This document shows positions 29,260-40,387 of a DNA stretch of 64,000 nucleotides, piece by piece. Position 1 is the first letter of the stretch, and every line of letters starts with the position of its first letter. The DNA comes from Auanema rhodensis. Taxonomy: Eukaryota > Animalia > Nematoda. The DNA is taken from positions 7,006,001-7,070,000 of the forward strand of contig OZ059897.1 in the NCBI GenBank assembly GCA_964057225.1, given 5' to 3'. A program made the translations under genes and the position numbers. Under the pieces are notes generated by a model. That model worked only from the letters and a program-made list of their open reading frames with translations, had not been told where the DNA came from and did not search any database.

Positions 29260-30947
29260 CTTTATCCGTTCACCACAACTTTCACGGCTTAATATTGCTT
29301 TTGCTCTAACCTGGTATAAATTTGTGGCATCTTCTATCTGTGTAATGATTGAATGCGGGTTTTTTCGTGCTTACAGCAAATTCACATTTTAAAACTTATC
29401 TGTAACATATATATGCCTTTAAATCAGTTTTTTTTCTTTTTTTTGAAGAGATTTTCATAGCTGAGATTATACTGCGGTCATTTAAATTTACAGTTTGATA
29501 TACTATCAGACTCTGTGAATGTCTGTAGAGCCTAACTATACTTATGAGAACTATACAATAAAGTTTAACGTTTTATTTCATGTTTTTCCTACTAATTGAT
29601 AGTATGCAGACTGTAGTGCAGATATGTTTGCAAGATATATCAGTTCACATTACCATTTTCGAGACATGTACTCCTGTTTTAAATTATACAAACATTTTAG
29701 CAGAGTTCCATGAGGTTGTCTGAGTTGGACAGTATGATCTCTGGCCAACTCCGTGCGGGAAATATGATAATGGTAAGACATTCAAAGAAGTCAATGATTA
29801 AGTTTTTGAAGTCGGATTACAATATTTTTATTGTATTGAATCCTTTATATGTACCAGGATATGTGGAAAACTAGTTCATATTGTAGAATTGAGTAAGAAA
29901 ATGTATTCTAATATTTTTCATTACTGCTTCCAATTCTATTTACTTTTTTCAAATTTTATTTCGAAACTTATTATTATGTACTGTAATTTTTTTCTGTAAA
30001 TTTTATGTTTTCAATAGTTTGTTTTCTATAGGACAAAAATGGAGAGAAACCGTCAATCAGTTACAAAATTTGAATTCAAATCACAAATCTAGCACGTGAA
30101 CTTTCACGTTAAATTAAAAAGTTGTTTTCATTTCTTATTTTTCAACATTTTTATGATTTCTAATGATTTATATTGTTGCATTATTGTATTTATATAAGGA
30201 AAATACAAAATTTGCAACAGAAACTGGAGACAGACAAGACGTCACTAGCATGCTCGATAAATGTGGTATGATCACTCTATACATGTTGACGTGAGAACGC
30301 TTTTATTAATAAGCCAGAACTAAAATAAGATTACAAGTCTTCGGAATAACTTAACAGTATGTAAATGCGAAAAGTACTTTTATGGATGTTTATATGGATA
30401 GTTCAGCTTTCTTGATTTTCTATACTGTTTGCCAGACGTCTATATCGTCATAAACAAACCACAGCTTTTTTAGCTATAGTGAATATAAAATTTCATGAAT
30501 TGTAGTTTTTTTTGAGTTATAGCTAACATCCTCCAAATATGAATAAAAACAAACGTTAATACTCAACTTTGTAACAATTTTTTTACATAAATTTAATTAT
30601 TTTTTAAATATTTAAAAGTTATTTTTAGTTTCATTCCAAGAATTTGACAAAAAAGTTAAAGCTGATCCTTTAAATGTTTCAAGACAAACTACTGTAATAA
30701 ACATATTAAGTATATCTATGCTTAGTATTATTAAAGATATTCTTAAAAACTTCTCTTATTTCTGATTTGAAATCTTCTATTTCAATATGATATTGTGTAC
30801 TTTTTAAACGAATGCCAAATTTAGAAAATGTTCAGTAAAACATGTTAATTGTATCTTATTAGCCACAATTACTGTTAGAACTACTAAAATACAAACACAT
30901 ATTTTACGAAATTTCTAAAATTTCATTTTCTATCAAACATTCGCCAA

Positions 30948-32246
30948 ATGCAGACAGCTGCAAATGTCTCCGCTTATGAACTTGGTTATTGTCCGGAAAA
31001 CCCTGTTCCTGAAGCTAAAGCTTGGTTCATTCTTCTATCTCGAGGTATTGGCGGACTTACTATCTTGTTTGGAATCTATTGTTCCCGTTTAATCTCGAAA
31101 ACTCTCAAAGAAGAATATGGATCATTTCGGTATTATATTTATGTTTATCATATTTCCAGCATGGTTTCTGGAATTTCAGTCTCATTATTAGCGGTACTTT
31201 TGAGAAAAATTTTAAAAATTAACAATGAAATCTTAGGCTCCCGTATATTACCTGCCTTTGTTGTCTGGTTATAGTATAGGTTTTTGGAATTTTTTTGGAA
31301 TTTCATTTTTACATCAGAATTATATGAATGTTCTTATTCATTTTGTTGGTTTTGCTATTTGCATCATTCTATTTTTCTACCGATACTGGATAGTTCGAGC
31401 TACTAACTCTGATAGCAACTCCTGGGGCTTTCGTTTGGGTGTTGCTGTAATATGTATAGTTTATATTGTTCCATATTTTGTTGTTATAAGCTTTTTTCAA
31501 AACACTCCATCCAGTTTAGAAAGCTTGGTTAAGGTACAATTCAAATAATTGAAAATGATTCTATTCGCATTTTTCATGTAGGCTTGTCCAGCATATGCAA
31601 CTCTTCTTACAGTACCTAATGCTCAAAATGTTGGAAGATTTCGTATTGAACCTTCACTTCGTGTGGATGTGTTCCTATTTTTCATAAGTGCTATTGTATT
31701 CAGCACATCTGTATTTACTTTAAAATACATGATTATACGTAATTTGGATAAACAAAAGCTATCGATGTCAGAAAAAACCAGTATACTTCATCGTAAATTA
31801 CTTCGAGCTCTTCAATTTCAGGTAATTTTGCTTGAAGCTCATAATCAACTTGCTGCTATTTTTTTTCTTTTTAGGCTTTAGTTCCTTCAAGTTTTATAGC
31901 TTGTCCTGTTTTAATTATTCATATTAGTATGTTTTTTGATATTCCAATACCATTAGGTAAATTGGCATATGTTATAATTTCATTTTACTTTATATACATT
32001 TCAGATGTTTCTCATTTCTTAATTTCATGTACCCAATTTCATGGTATTGCTAATACAATTGGAATCATCGTCCTTAATAATGGCTTATTAACACAGTTTA
32101 TACAAGGTATTTGATATATATAATCTGAATATCTCTTCAAAAGATTTTTATTAATAGATTTTCTCAATTTGGTTGGAGTAAAAGAAAGATTTGTTCTGAA
32201 ATCTCCGTTTGCATCCGTTGGTTCTAAGCTATTTACAACCGCATAA
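30948..32246 (+). CDS. Serpentine chemoreceptor GPCR, Srh/Sri-like
   Basis: Multi-exon 7TM-type protein: FGIYC...KT...FRYY, LFFYRY, MSEKTSILHRKLLRALQFQ, TM7 HGIANTIGIIVLN. The last exon ends at TAA 32244-32246. Confidence 0.78.
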
Positions 32247-32702
32247 CCCTTTCTTATAGCCATAATCACATTTCAGAAAACATCTCGAACAACTACACGA
32301 AGTACTGTGAATCCGATATAAAAAAGTATTTAATATTATATTTCTTTCGTTTTCTGCTGTTTACGTGTTTATTCGCATATTTTTGTGAAATTATGCTGAT
32401 CACTTACATTTTGGAGAAAACGAATTGATAAAGTTATGACGGTTTCTGTTCTTATTTTGTTTTCTTAATTTCAAAATTATAATAAACCCAATGATAATCG
32501 AGAATTTACTTGGAAACTGGGAACTAAATATGATAAAATACCTTGTCATTGCTTTTCAGACTGCTAGAGACAGTAACTATCTAAATGCTGTAAAGTTCGA
32601 TAATTGTGGGCTTGAAGAAATTTATCCTTGACGATGCAATCTCGCCGGTATCATCTCTTCAGGGATCAGCTACAGAGTCCGCCTCAGCTTGTTAAATAAT
32701 AA

Positions 32703-32855
32703 CTAGAGGCAAAGAAGTTTCACAACATCTACTTCTCTTGACTGTATTTGAGTAGGCAAAGTGTCTCTCATAAAGATGCCCTTGATTCCTAGCTTTTCTA
32801 CGAGATGCAGAAGATCTAAATTGGTCAAAGGCTTCTGGTCTTTTTTAAAATACAT
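32703..32855 (-). mobile_element. Fragment resembling the N-terminus of a Maverick/Polinton (adintovirus) adenain-type protease
   Basis: Intronless 50-codon ORF MYFKKDQKPLTNLDLLHLVEKLGIKGIFMRDTLPTQIQSREVDVVKLLCL*, matching my recalled pattern PL(S/T)NxDL...KL.I..(F)RG(V/I)FMRDTLP....E...VNL. It stops before the catalytic His motif. Recognised by eye, not searched. Confidence 0.5.
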
Positions 32856-33686
32856 TTATTAAGCTTATTTTTTATTCAAAAAGTTAGTTCACTTTTCTCG
32901 ACCATTTTGATCACATTTTTTTCTCTTTTGGGCCATTTTTGAAAATGAGACATTTTCGAAGAGTTGAGACACAAAATCAATGAAAATAAGCCTTAAAATG
33001 GCTTGAAAATGAGAAAATTGAGAATGGGTGAAAAGGTGCGCTATCGATTATTTTTATATATAAATACATTTATTTATTTAATATTATGTCTTTTCTAAAT
33101 TTATAATAATATTGATTTTAAATAAATATTTAATATAAAACTATTTATCAATTCGTATAGTTTGTAGTATGGAATAGACTGTCGAATTTACCTTTTTCAC
33201 TGAAACCCAAGTGTACATGTGTGTAGTTTCCCATCAAATTAATGTTTTTTCTTTTGAAAATATTTAAATTATTATAAAATTTTAAATGAAATCAAGAACT
33301 AAAGTTCTTTCTTTGGAGTTGTTGAAGATAACTTACGAGAGCTCATGAAGAAATGATTGATTCTTATTTATGTGAATTTATAAGAAAAAAAAAAGATTTA
33401 GAGGATAAAATATTCTTTAATTTAATTTTAAATGATATAACATCATATCAGAAATCTTTTATTTATTAAATTGATTAATTATTTTTAAAATTTAAAACAT
33501 TTTAGTTGTAAAATTAGTTTATCTTTTCTTACTTTCAACTGTCGCCGTACTGGGGCGAGGGGTTGGGGTTGGTTTGGCAACAAACGCATGCACTAGTGCC
33601 GAATTATTATAATTATACAAAAGTGTTTTGAATACAATGATCATAAACATAACAAATGCTTATTTAAGGTTTTAAAGTTTGACAAC

Positions 33687-34703
33687 TTAAGAAGCCATCT
33701 TATCCAAGTTACAGGATACTCCACAGTATGTTTGCTTTTGATCGTATTGGACGGCAAAAATATTATTCATAGTCCATCCACCGAATGGTTCGAAATTCTT
33801 CACGACGAAAGGATTAGCACCTGTGCTGTTAGCAGCATTTGCCCACCTAGTATTGTATTGAATAAGTTTAATTAATTATAATTAAAGAAATACCATAATT
33901 GAGCGTCAGGATGCAAATCCTGGAAGTTCAGATTGTTAGTAATGGCCATCCAATCGTCACGATTGGTGAAAACTCCCAAAATGACATTCTAAAAGAAAGA
34001 ATTGGAACTATATGATCGTATGTGTTACCTTTTCATTATTAGCAGCAGCAATATCTTTAATGAACTTGACATTATCAGCAGGGTTTGAATACCAATCCTT
34101 TGGTGATACAACCTGTTGAGAATAGAAATTTTTAAAAAAATATTCAAATGTGTAAATACCGATATGAAGAACACATAAGGAAGAATATTACAGTTTGATA
34201 AGCCATTATACATTTCCATATACTGATCTCGTCCTGATTTTGATCCTTTGGGTGATGGTATCATGTATGGATATGTGACAACGTACTCTATAATTTTCAT
34301 TTTTAGTTTCAAGATAACGTTGAGCAGTTGCTCTTCTAGCAAACAAACTCAAAATTCTTACTATCTCTCGCAATTTTGATAGTGTTACATGAATTTTGAT
34401 CGAACATTCCACCATTAGTAGAAGCATAAGCTCTGAAATTACAGAGTGATAGTGAATACTTTGAATATAGGACGATTACCTGACAAACATTTGAGTAGTA
34501 TGATCTACAAACATACATTGCAATTGTGGATCAGTTATTGGCTGTGAGAAATCTACAGCTTTGTATTGTAGACGTTTGGGAGCAGCAGTAGATGCAGTCT
34601 AAAGAAAATTTGAGAATAAATGAAAAGTCTTCTGCAGGTGTCATCAAACCTGTGCTTTGACAATAGCGATGAGGATGAAGCCTATGAATATAGAATACCG
34701 CAT
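33687..34703 (-). CDS. Protist-type (GH25-like) lysozyme-like secreted protein, LYS-1/7/8-like subgroup (7 exons)
   Basis: Hand splicing gives MRYSIFIGFILIAIVKAQ (signal peptide) TASTAAPKRLQYKAVDFSQP...QC...FVRAYASTNGGMFDQNSCNTIK...YMIPSPKGSKSGRDQY...ISVVSPKDWYSNPADNVKFI...LGVFTNRDDW..IT...LWWA...NFEPFGGWT...VQYDQKQTYCGVSCNLDKMAS*. All introns GT-AG. Confidence 0.88.
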
Positions 34704-34774
34704 TAGGTCCGCAGAGAACTTTTTGATTGCTGATTACAGATATATATATATATATCTACATACATATATGCTGT

Positions 34775-34782
34775 TGATAAGA
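34775..34782. promoter_or_regulatory. TGATAAGA GATA (ELT-2-type) site upstream of the lysozyme-like gene
   Basis: Extended GATA motif about 70 bp upstream of the ATG, next to a (TA)n TATA-like tract at 34739-34756. Fits intestinal expression of nematode lys genes; motif match only. Confidence 0.4.
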
Positions 34783-36131
34783 ATAATCAAATAACTCTTT
34801 ACTGTTTTCTCTCTCATCCTCTCATCGTCTTGCTCGCTCGTATTCCCAGTATCTCATTTAAGAAAATAAAATTATTCTTATTATCTAATATCGAAACTAT
34901 CAAATTTATCTTCTTAATACATAAAAATGTGCTGACGATGATGAAATGATGATATATGAAAAGCAATAAAACACTTAATAGAGCTGACTAAAAAACCGAA
35001 TTAAAAAAGGAAATAGATTGACTATTCCAAACAATCTTTTATATTTTTTGGTCTTGCTTAGATGTATCAACAGTTCACTTTTCTGAAACTTTTGTCAATT
35101 TACTCGAATAAATCTGATATGTTACGAACAAAATTTTGATAAAACTTTATTTGTTTTTGAATCTGTAGTAACTACAGACGATTTGACTCAGAAGGATGAC
35201 AATGCTCATACTCAAGATATTTTTATTTTTTGAAATGTTATCATTTCTATTCAATTTATGACGTCATATTTTGTATATCTGATATGATGTCTTAAACATC
35301 AGTTATTGATATATTGTTCAAAAATTAAACTAAAGATTGATTAGGAATTTTAGAAAAGAAAAAGTACATGGTAAAGACGATAACTGGTTGCTCTATCTAT
35401 TGAGATTATAGAGAGTACTGAAATAAAAAAAATGGAATAACATTGTTTATGATGTTGCCAACATCTTAACTACTTATTGAGAACTGCATATGGAAGTATA
35501 GTAGTCAGCTTAAGCTTGTTCAACTCTTAGACTCTTTTCAACATCTCAATGAGATGCGCTTTTTCCGTTTCTATACCCCCCGTTTAAGCCCCGCCCCTTT
35601 TGCCGTTAGGCACATACTTTTATTAAAATGTGATACCTATATGAGATACGGCGGTATCCAGATATCCACAAATGTTCCATTTTTTTAAAATTTCCCTTCT
35701 ACAGTCTTTTATGGTACATCTCCACTTATTTCGAACAAAAGAAAGACTCATTTGTCGTTAACATCGGTCACATTCGTTAGTCTCAAAGACTATACCCCTT
35801 TCTCTTGCAAGAATTGAATGGCATCAGCTTCAGTACGAAGCCGTTCTTTTGGAGCAAACATTTAGACGAAAAATGGTTGATAATGTAGATGCAATAACCA
35901 ATAATGATTCAGTTTTTATATCATAATATATTCAAGGTTTATTATACTTATTATAGCTATAGAAACGGAAAAAGAACCCAATGAGATTCTAGGAAATGCA
36001 GCTAAAGTAAGAAAACAATGTATTCTAATTCTTCGGTCTGCCCCTCCGATTAGAATACCTACAACTTTTCAAAGTTATTAGATCGTTCTTAGTTTTTTTT
36101 TGTTTTTACTGAACCTCTTTCTCTCTCTCTC

Positions 36132-36796
36132 TGTCGAATAAGTTGCTTTGCTTTATTCGTAATCTGTGGGATTCGTAGAATTTACTGTATTTTGGACGTT
36201 CTCGATGTCGAGTATCTCGATTGTTGGCGAATGTATTCGCACTACTCTTTTTGTCGGTGTTAAAAGAGTGTTGTGTCTCCGTGTTTGACAGAATCTTAGG
36301 GTGTCTGCAGTCTTTCTAACTGCCACGAGCCTCGGAAAGAGTAATCTTTATCGACTAGAGCTCGTCGAGTTCGTGTTCTCTGACAACGTTCTCGGACAAA
36401 CGGACCTCTGATACAGATCCGCCCTTATGAACCTACTAACGGCCGTTGCGGTTAGTCTCAAGGAAGACAGGTTTTCTAACTGTTTCTAGACGAGTGCGTG
36501 AACTATTCCTACGCCCTCGGGTTCTTGCTGATTACGATGTCTGTTATTTCGGAATCAACAATGACACACAACTAATAGGTTTATTAACGACCAACGATAG
36601 GATAATTTACAAGAGAATATAACTCTGCAAGACAACAGAGAACTGTAGAGTATAATTCCTAACTGAATGAAGACCTACTGATCTCAGAGTACTTAAAACC
36701 TAAAATTTTATTTCTAATCGGACCTTATATACCTTTACTTGGCGGTTATAGTTTATATGTTATATTTTCTATTTGATCTCGGTCCTACGATCGACA
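36132..36796 (-). mobile_element. Long terminal repeat (probable 3' LTR) of a Bel/Pao retrotransposon
   Basis: 665 bp bounded by inverted termini TGTCGA (36132-36137) and TCGACA (36791-36796). On the - strand it is preceded by TTTGCCCCCAG (resembles a Bel/Pao pre-LTR tract) and contains TATATAA and two AATAAA. It lies 87 nt downstream of a Pao Gag knuckle. The flanks (ctctc / ctggg) differ, so it is not a solo LTR with a TSD. Confidence 0.6.
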
Positions 36797-36883
36797 CTGG
36801 GGGCAAACAAAAAAGATAAAGCTAAACGAGAAAAACGATTTTATAAATTCAAAAAAACAAAAAAAAACAAAGAACAAAAAATG

Positions 36884-37105
36884 CTAATGACTGTCACCAC
36901 TTTTTCTCTTGAGCCTATTTCTTCTCATCATACTTTCTAGTCCAGCTACATGACCAGGGCAACAGCATAACGCATGTGCCCAGACTCCTGAATTGCAATG
37001 TCGGCAAGTCGTCGGGTTCCGACATTGCCCGGTTTCATAAGTTGATTTCAAACACTTTAAACACCGTTTGGTTTCATGAGCAAAATGGAGCCTCTGTGAG
37101 AAAGT
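36884..37105 (-). mobile_element. Bel/Pao Gag C-terminal zinc-knuckle remnant
   Basis: QRLHFAHETKRCLKCLKSTYETGQCRNPTTCRHCNSGVWAHALC has tandem CCHC-type knuckles with Bel/Pao-like spacing; the His of the first knuckle appears as Tyr. Confidence 0.7.
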
Positions 37106-37982
37106 TTTAACTTCCTGTAGGTTTTTAATGTTCTCTCCCCTCAAGCTGTGTTCCATTGGCCTAAACAGATGGAAATCTGTTGGAGCAAGGTCTGATGAGT
37201 AAGGGTGTGTTTGAGAACGGTTCATCCCAGCTCCAGAAGCGTCGAGGGCGAGCGTTGTCACGCAACAACGCTATACTTCTGTTTCTGACCTCCTGTCGGG
37301 CTTCAATGTTAACACTGAGTCGTCTGAATTGCTCAGAATCATGCTCCTTATCTATGGTTCTACCGTATGGTGAAATCTTATAGAAAACAACTCCGTTTTT
37401 CTTCCAGAAAAGGGACAGAAGTGCCTTCTTGGCGGTTAACGGGTTAGCCCTTGGGGCCATCGGAACCGATTCTCCAGGGTTAACCCAAAACTTAGCCCTG
37501 TTTCGGTTGGAATAGAGAATCCACTTTTCATTTCCAGTCACCGAACTTTTGGAAAACCTCTTTTTTTGGCTCATATTCAGAAGATCCTGAGGCAAAGAAA
37601 CTCTTGACCTGAGATTACTCTCAGACAAGAGATGTGGGGAAAATAGGGAAAGCTTCTGAATTTTCCCTATTTTTTTTAACCGTCGAGAGACAGTTGCTTT
37701 GTAAAGCTTCAATTGGTTCCTGATTTGAAGTTGAGTTGCCCCAGGAGTGCAATCGAGTACATTTTGGAGGTCACAGTTGCTGAATTTTTCAGCAGCTTCG
37801 GGTCTAGGGCGATCTTGGAAATCGAAGTCGATAGACTTAAAGCGGCTAAACCACTTCTTACATGTTGAATACGATGGAGAAGAATCGCCGTCAATAACTT
37901 TCATTTTTCTGAAGGATTCTTTGGCAGAAATACCTTCCTTAAAATGATGAAGAAGGGTATAGCGCATGAAAGTAACATCCAT
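37105..37982 (-). pseudogene. Degenerate mariner (DD34D, Mos1-like) transposase
   Basis: HTH region (KWFSRFKS.DFDFQDRPR), WVPHEL-like FSPHLL, TGNEKW (first Asp mutated), DNARP, YSSDLAPTDFHLF. After DNARP there is a deletion, frameshifts and a stop in LLELG*. The C-terminus is missing and no TIRs were found. Confidence 0.9.
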
Positions 37983-38167
37983 AACGAAACCGAAGAAAAA
38001 AACGTTCAAAGAAAAAAGAGTTTTTTTCAAATGTAAAGTTTTTAAAATGTATTGCTTTTTATTTTTATTATATTTAGAAATATTCTAATTTTTAAATTTC
38101 AAAATTTTTGTAAAACTTAACATAAAAATTTTTTGATATTGTTGATATACAGGTAGAAAGGTTATAA

Positions 38168-38464
38168 GTCAAGTGAATGACAGTGGACTTGTGAGCACTG
38201 ACTCCGGACCTATGAACATGTTCCTCACAACGTATATATATATATAAGGAGCAAATATAGCTCCGTATCTGATATGAGTATTAGAAAAAGGATGATTCAT
38301 CTTGACAACCAACAGGTCTTTCCTCCATCATTTATTGTCGAACACCCGTATGAAATACGCGGAATAGTTTTACCCTCTTATATATGTAAAAACGTTCTAC
38401 ATTGAAATGTATTGGTCCGGAGATAGTGGGTTATCGGTTAAAACCCCACTGTCACTCACTTGAC
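38168..38464. mobile_element. Foldback MITE with TAA target-site duplication (PIF/Harbinger, Tourist-like)
   Basis: TIRs GTCAAGTGAATGACAGTGG ... CCACTGTCACTCACTTGAC (1 mismatch), TAA on both sides (38165-38167 and 38465-38467). The arms stay loosely palindromic inside (ctccggacc/ggtccggag, atatataag/cttatatat). Confidence 0.75.
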
Positions 38465-38507
38465 TAATTTTGTAGTTTTCAAAAATAGGTTTTGATTTTA
38501 TAATTAA

Positions 38508-38917
38508 CACATTCAGGACGGCGTGACCCAACCCATTGGGTCACGGTCGGTAAATTACGTACAAAAAATTAAAAAATTTAAAAAATAGATTTTACTTGTT
38601 AATTTCAATATTATGTTAATAAACAACACGGAAATGATCTAAAAAAGGGAAATGATACAAAACTAAGATAAAATGATAAAAAAAACTGTCAATTTTTCTA
38701 TTAATTTTTGTTCATTTTTGAACGTATGGCATAATTTAAACTTGATCTATTTATGCTTAAGAAGTTACTGTGATTAGATATTTAATTGAATGATAGATGA
38801 GATATCACTCTTCACATGCCTAAAGTTTTGATTCATAGATCCTTTTATTTTTGAAGTTATACAATCTCAAATATACGATATCGTCATAAACTGTTTCACA
38901 ATCCCGTCCTGAATGTG
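38508..38917. mobile_element. Non-autonomous piggyBac-type element (MITE), 410 bp
   Basis: Perfect 14-bp TIRs CACATTCAGGACGG / CCGTCCTGAATGTG with TTAA on both sides (38504-38507 and 38918-38921); subterminal palindrome CGTGACCCAA-ccca-TTGGGTCACG at the left end. Confidence 0.85.
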
Positions 38918-39064
38918 TTAAGTAACCATTGGCTTAAGGAATAAGATAAGATTTAAGTTTAATTTTCTGTTATAAAAACTAGAAATATTCAAGTATTTAA
39001 TATTATTTAATTGCTTTAATTTCTTTCCAACAAATCCAAAAATTGAAAAAGAAAAAAGATTTTT

Positions 39065-39125
39065 ACGTCAAAGTTCACGTAATGTGGATGTACGTCGAGT
39101 TGGCGTTGACGTCAAAGTTCACGTA
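39065..39125 (+). repeat. 17-bp direct repeat ACGTCAAAGTTCACGTA, two copies
   Basis: Copies at 39065-39081 and 39109-39125; the second overlaps a TGACGTCA palindrome. Confidence 0.8.
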
Positions 39126-40385
39126 TACACACTATGCGAAGACGTAGATAAGATTCAAACACAAGTCGTTTTAGATTCACATTTTGTCAAGCTTGTGCTA
39201 CGTAAAAGCTCTAAGATCATTAAGATTCAGAAGATTGGTTAAGGAAATTATGTATATATTCACTAACTATTGATAAAGTGGTTAAACTAACAGATATTCC
39301 AATTTTAATCGAAATTACAAAAATTTATAATTATTTTCAACTCAATGTATACATTATAGAATTTGTATGTTCACTAATTTTCCACCGATAATTATTTAAA
39401 ATATAAGTATATTATTCAGTTCTATTCGGATCAAGCATTTTTCTTCATAACACCTATTTTGTCACATGTTTTGTGTGTTGTTATTACACTTAAATAATAA
39501 TGAAACAGCTAAACATAATAAAAATATTCATTTACAGCTTTAAGTATGGCACGAAGAGGCCGGGCCAGACCTGATAAGGTCTGTAAAAATTTGGCAAAAA
39601 AATTCAAATGGTCGAGACCCGGACACCACGTGCACCTCAAATACAATTTGCAGCATATGTGCAAAAAATATTAAAAAAGGGAACAAAGTGAAAGAAAGTG
39701 AAAGGTGTAGGTGGCTTGGATCACGCCTCTACCTATACGAAACCGGACTAAAACTATACAAAACAGAAAAATCTATACAAACTTAATACAATTTGTAATG
39801 AACATGTTGGCAAATATATGAAACATGGTCAAGCTGAGTATCAGAGTAAGGGACGAAGTAAATTTATAAGACAGAAAAAGGGGAAAAACGCCTTAGGGGG
39901 AAAATATGTATAAGGGAGATAAACATAAAAAGGGACTTGATACAAATTTCACCGATAGGATAAAGCCGGACTCAGGGTTGTGTACACTGATAATGAATAT
40001 ACACATCATGCAACTGGTTAGAAAACATTTTGAAGTTAATCATGAGGTTAGAACTTTTTGATTAGAAAATACATGTCTTCGCGGAATGAGAATTAAGAAA
40101 AAAAAGTTTCGCTTTTCCCTTTTCTTTAGAAATCTGAGTATTTTCCGTTTTTTTCCTCCATTTCTTATCGAAAATAAATAGATAAAAAAGGATTGTAAGA
40201 TAACGCTCTCTGAGGGTAACGACAAGATATAAAGGATATTAAAATAGACTGAGCAAGTGGAAGGCCATTTGTTTAAACGTATGTGCATATGATTAGGTAG
40301 AATAATGACCCGTGGCAAAGAAAGGATCAAAAAATTGAAGGACTGGCCGAGAGGAGAAGTTAAAAAGGTTAGGGGGAATTTGTTA

Positions 40386-40387
<2 letters not shown>

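Noticed and set aside
32700-32936. Possible two-exon host micro-gene MAQKRKKCDQNGRE... on the - strand
   Set aside because: Poor acceptor (AAAAAAG) and no recognisable product; the other frame gives the better-supported protease-like peptide.
33551-33576. TTGGGG telomere-like repeats
   Set aside because: Only about two units and not the nematode TTAGGC repeat; no telomeric array in the window.
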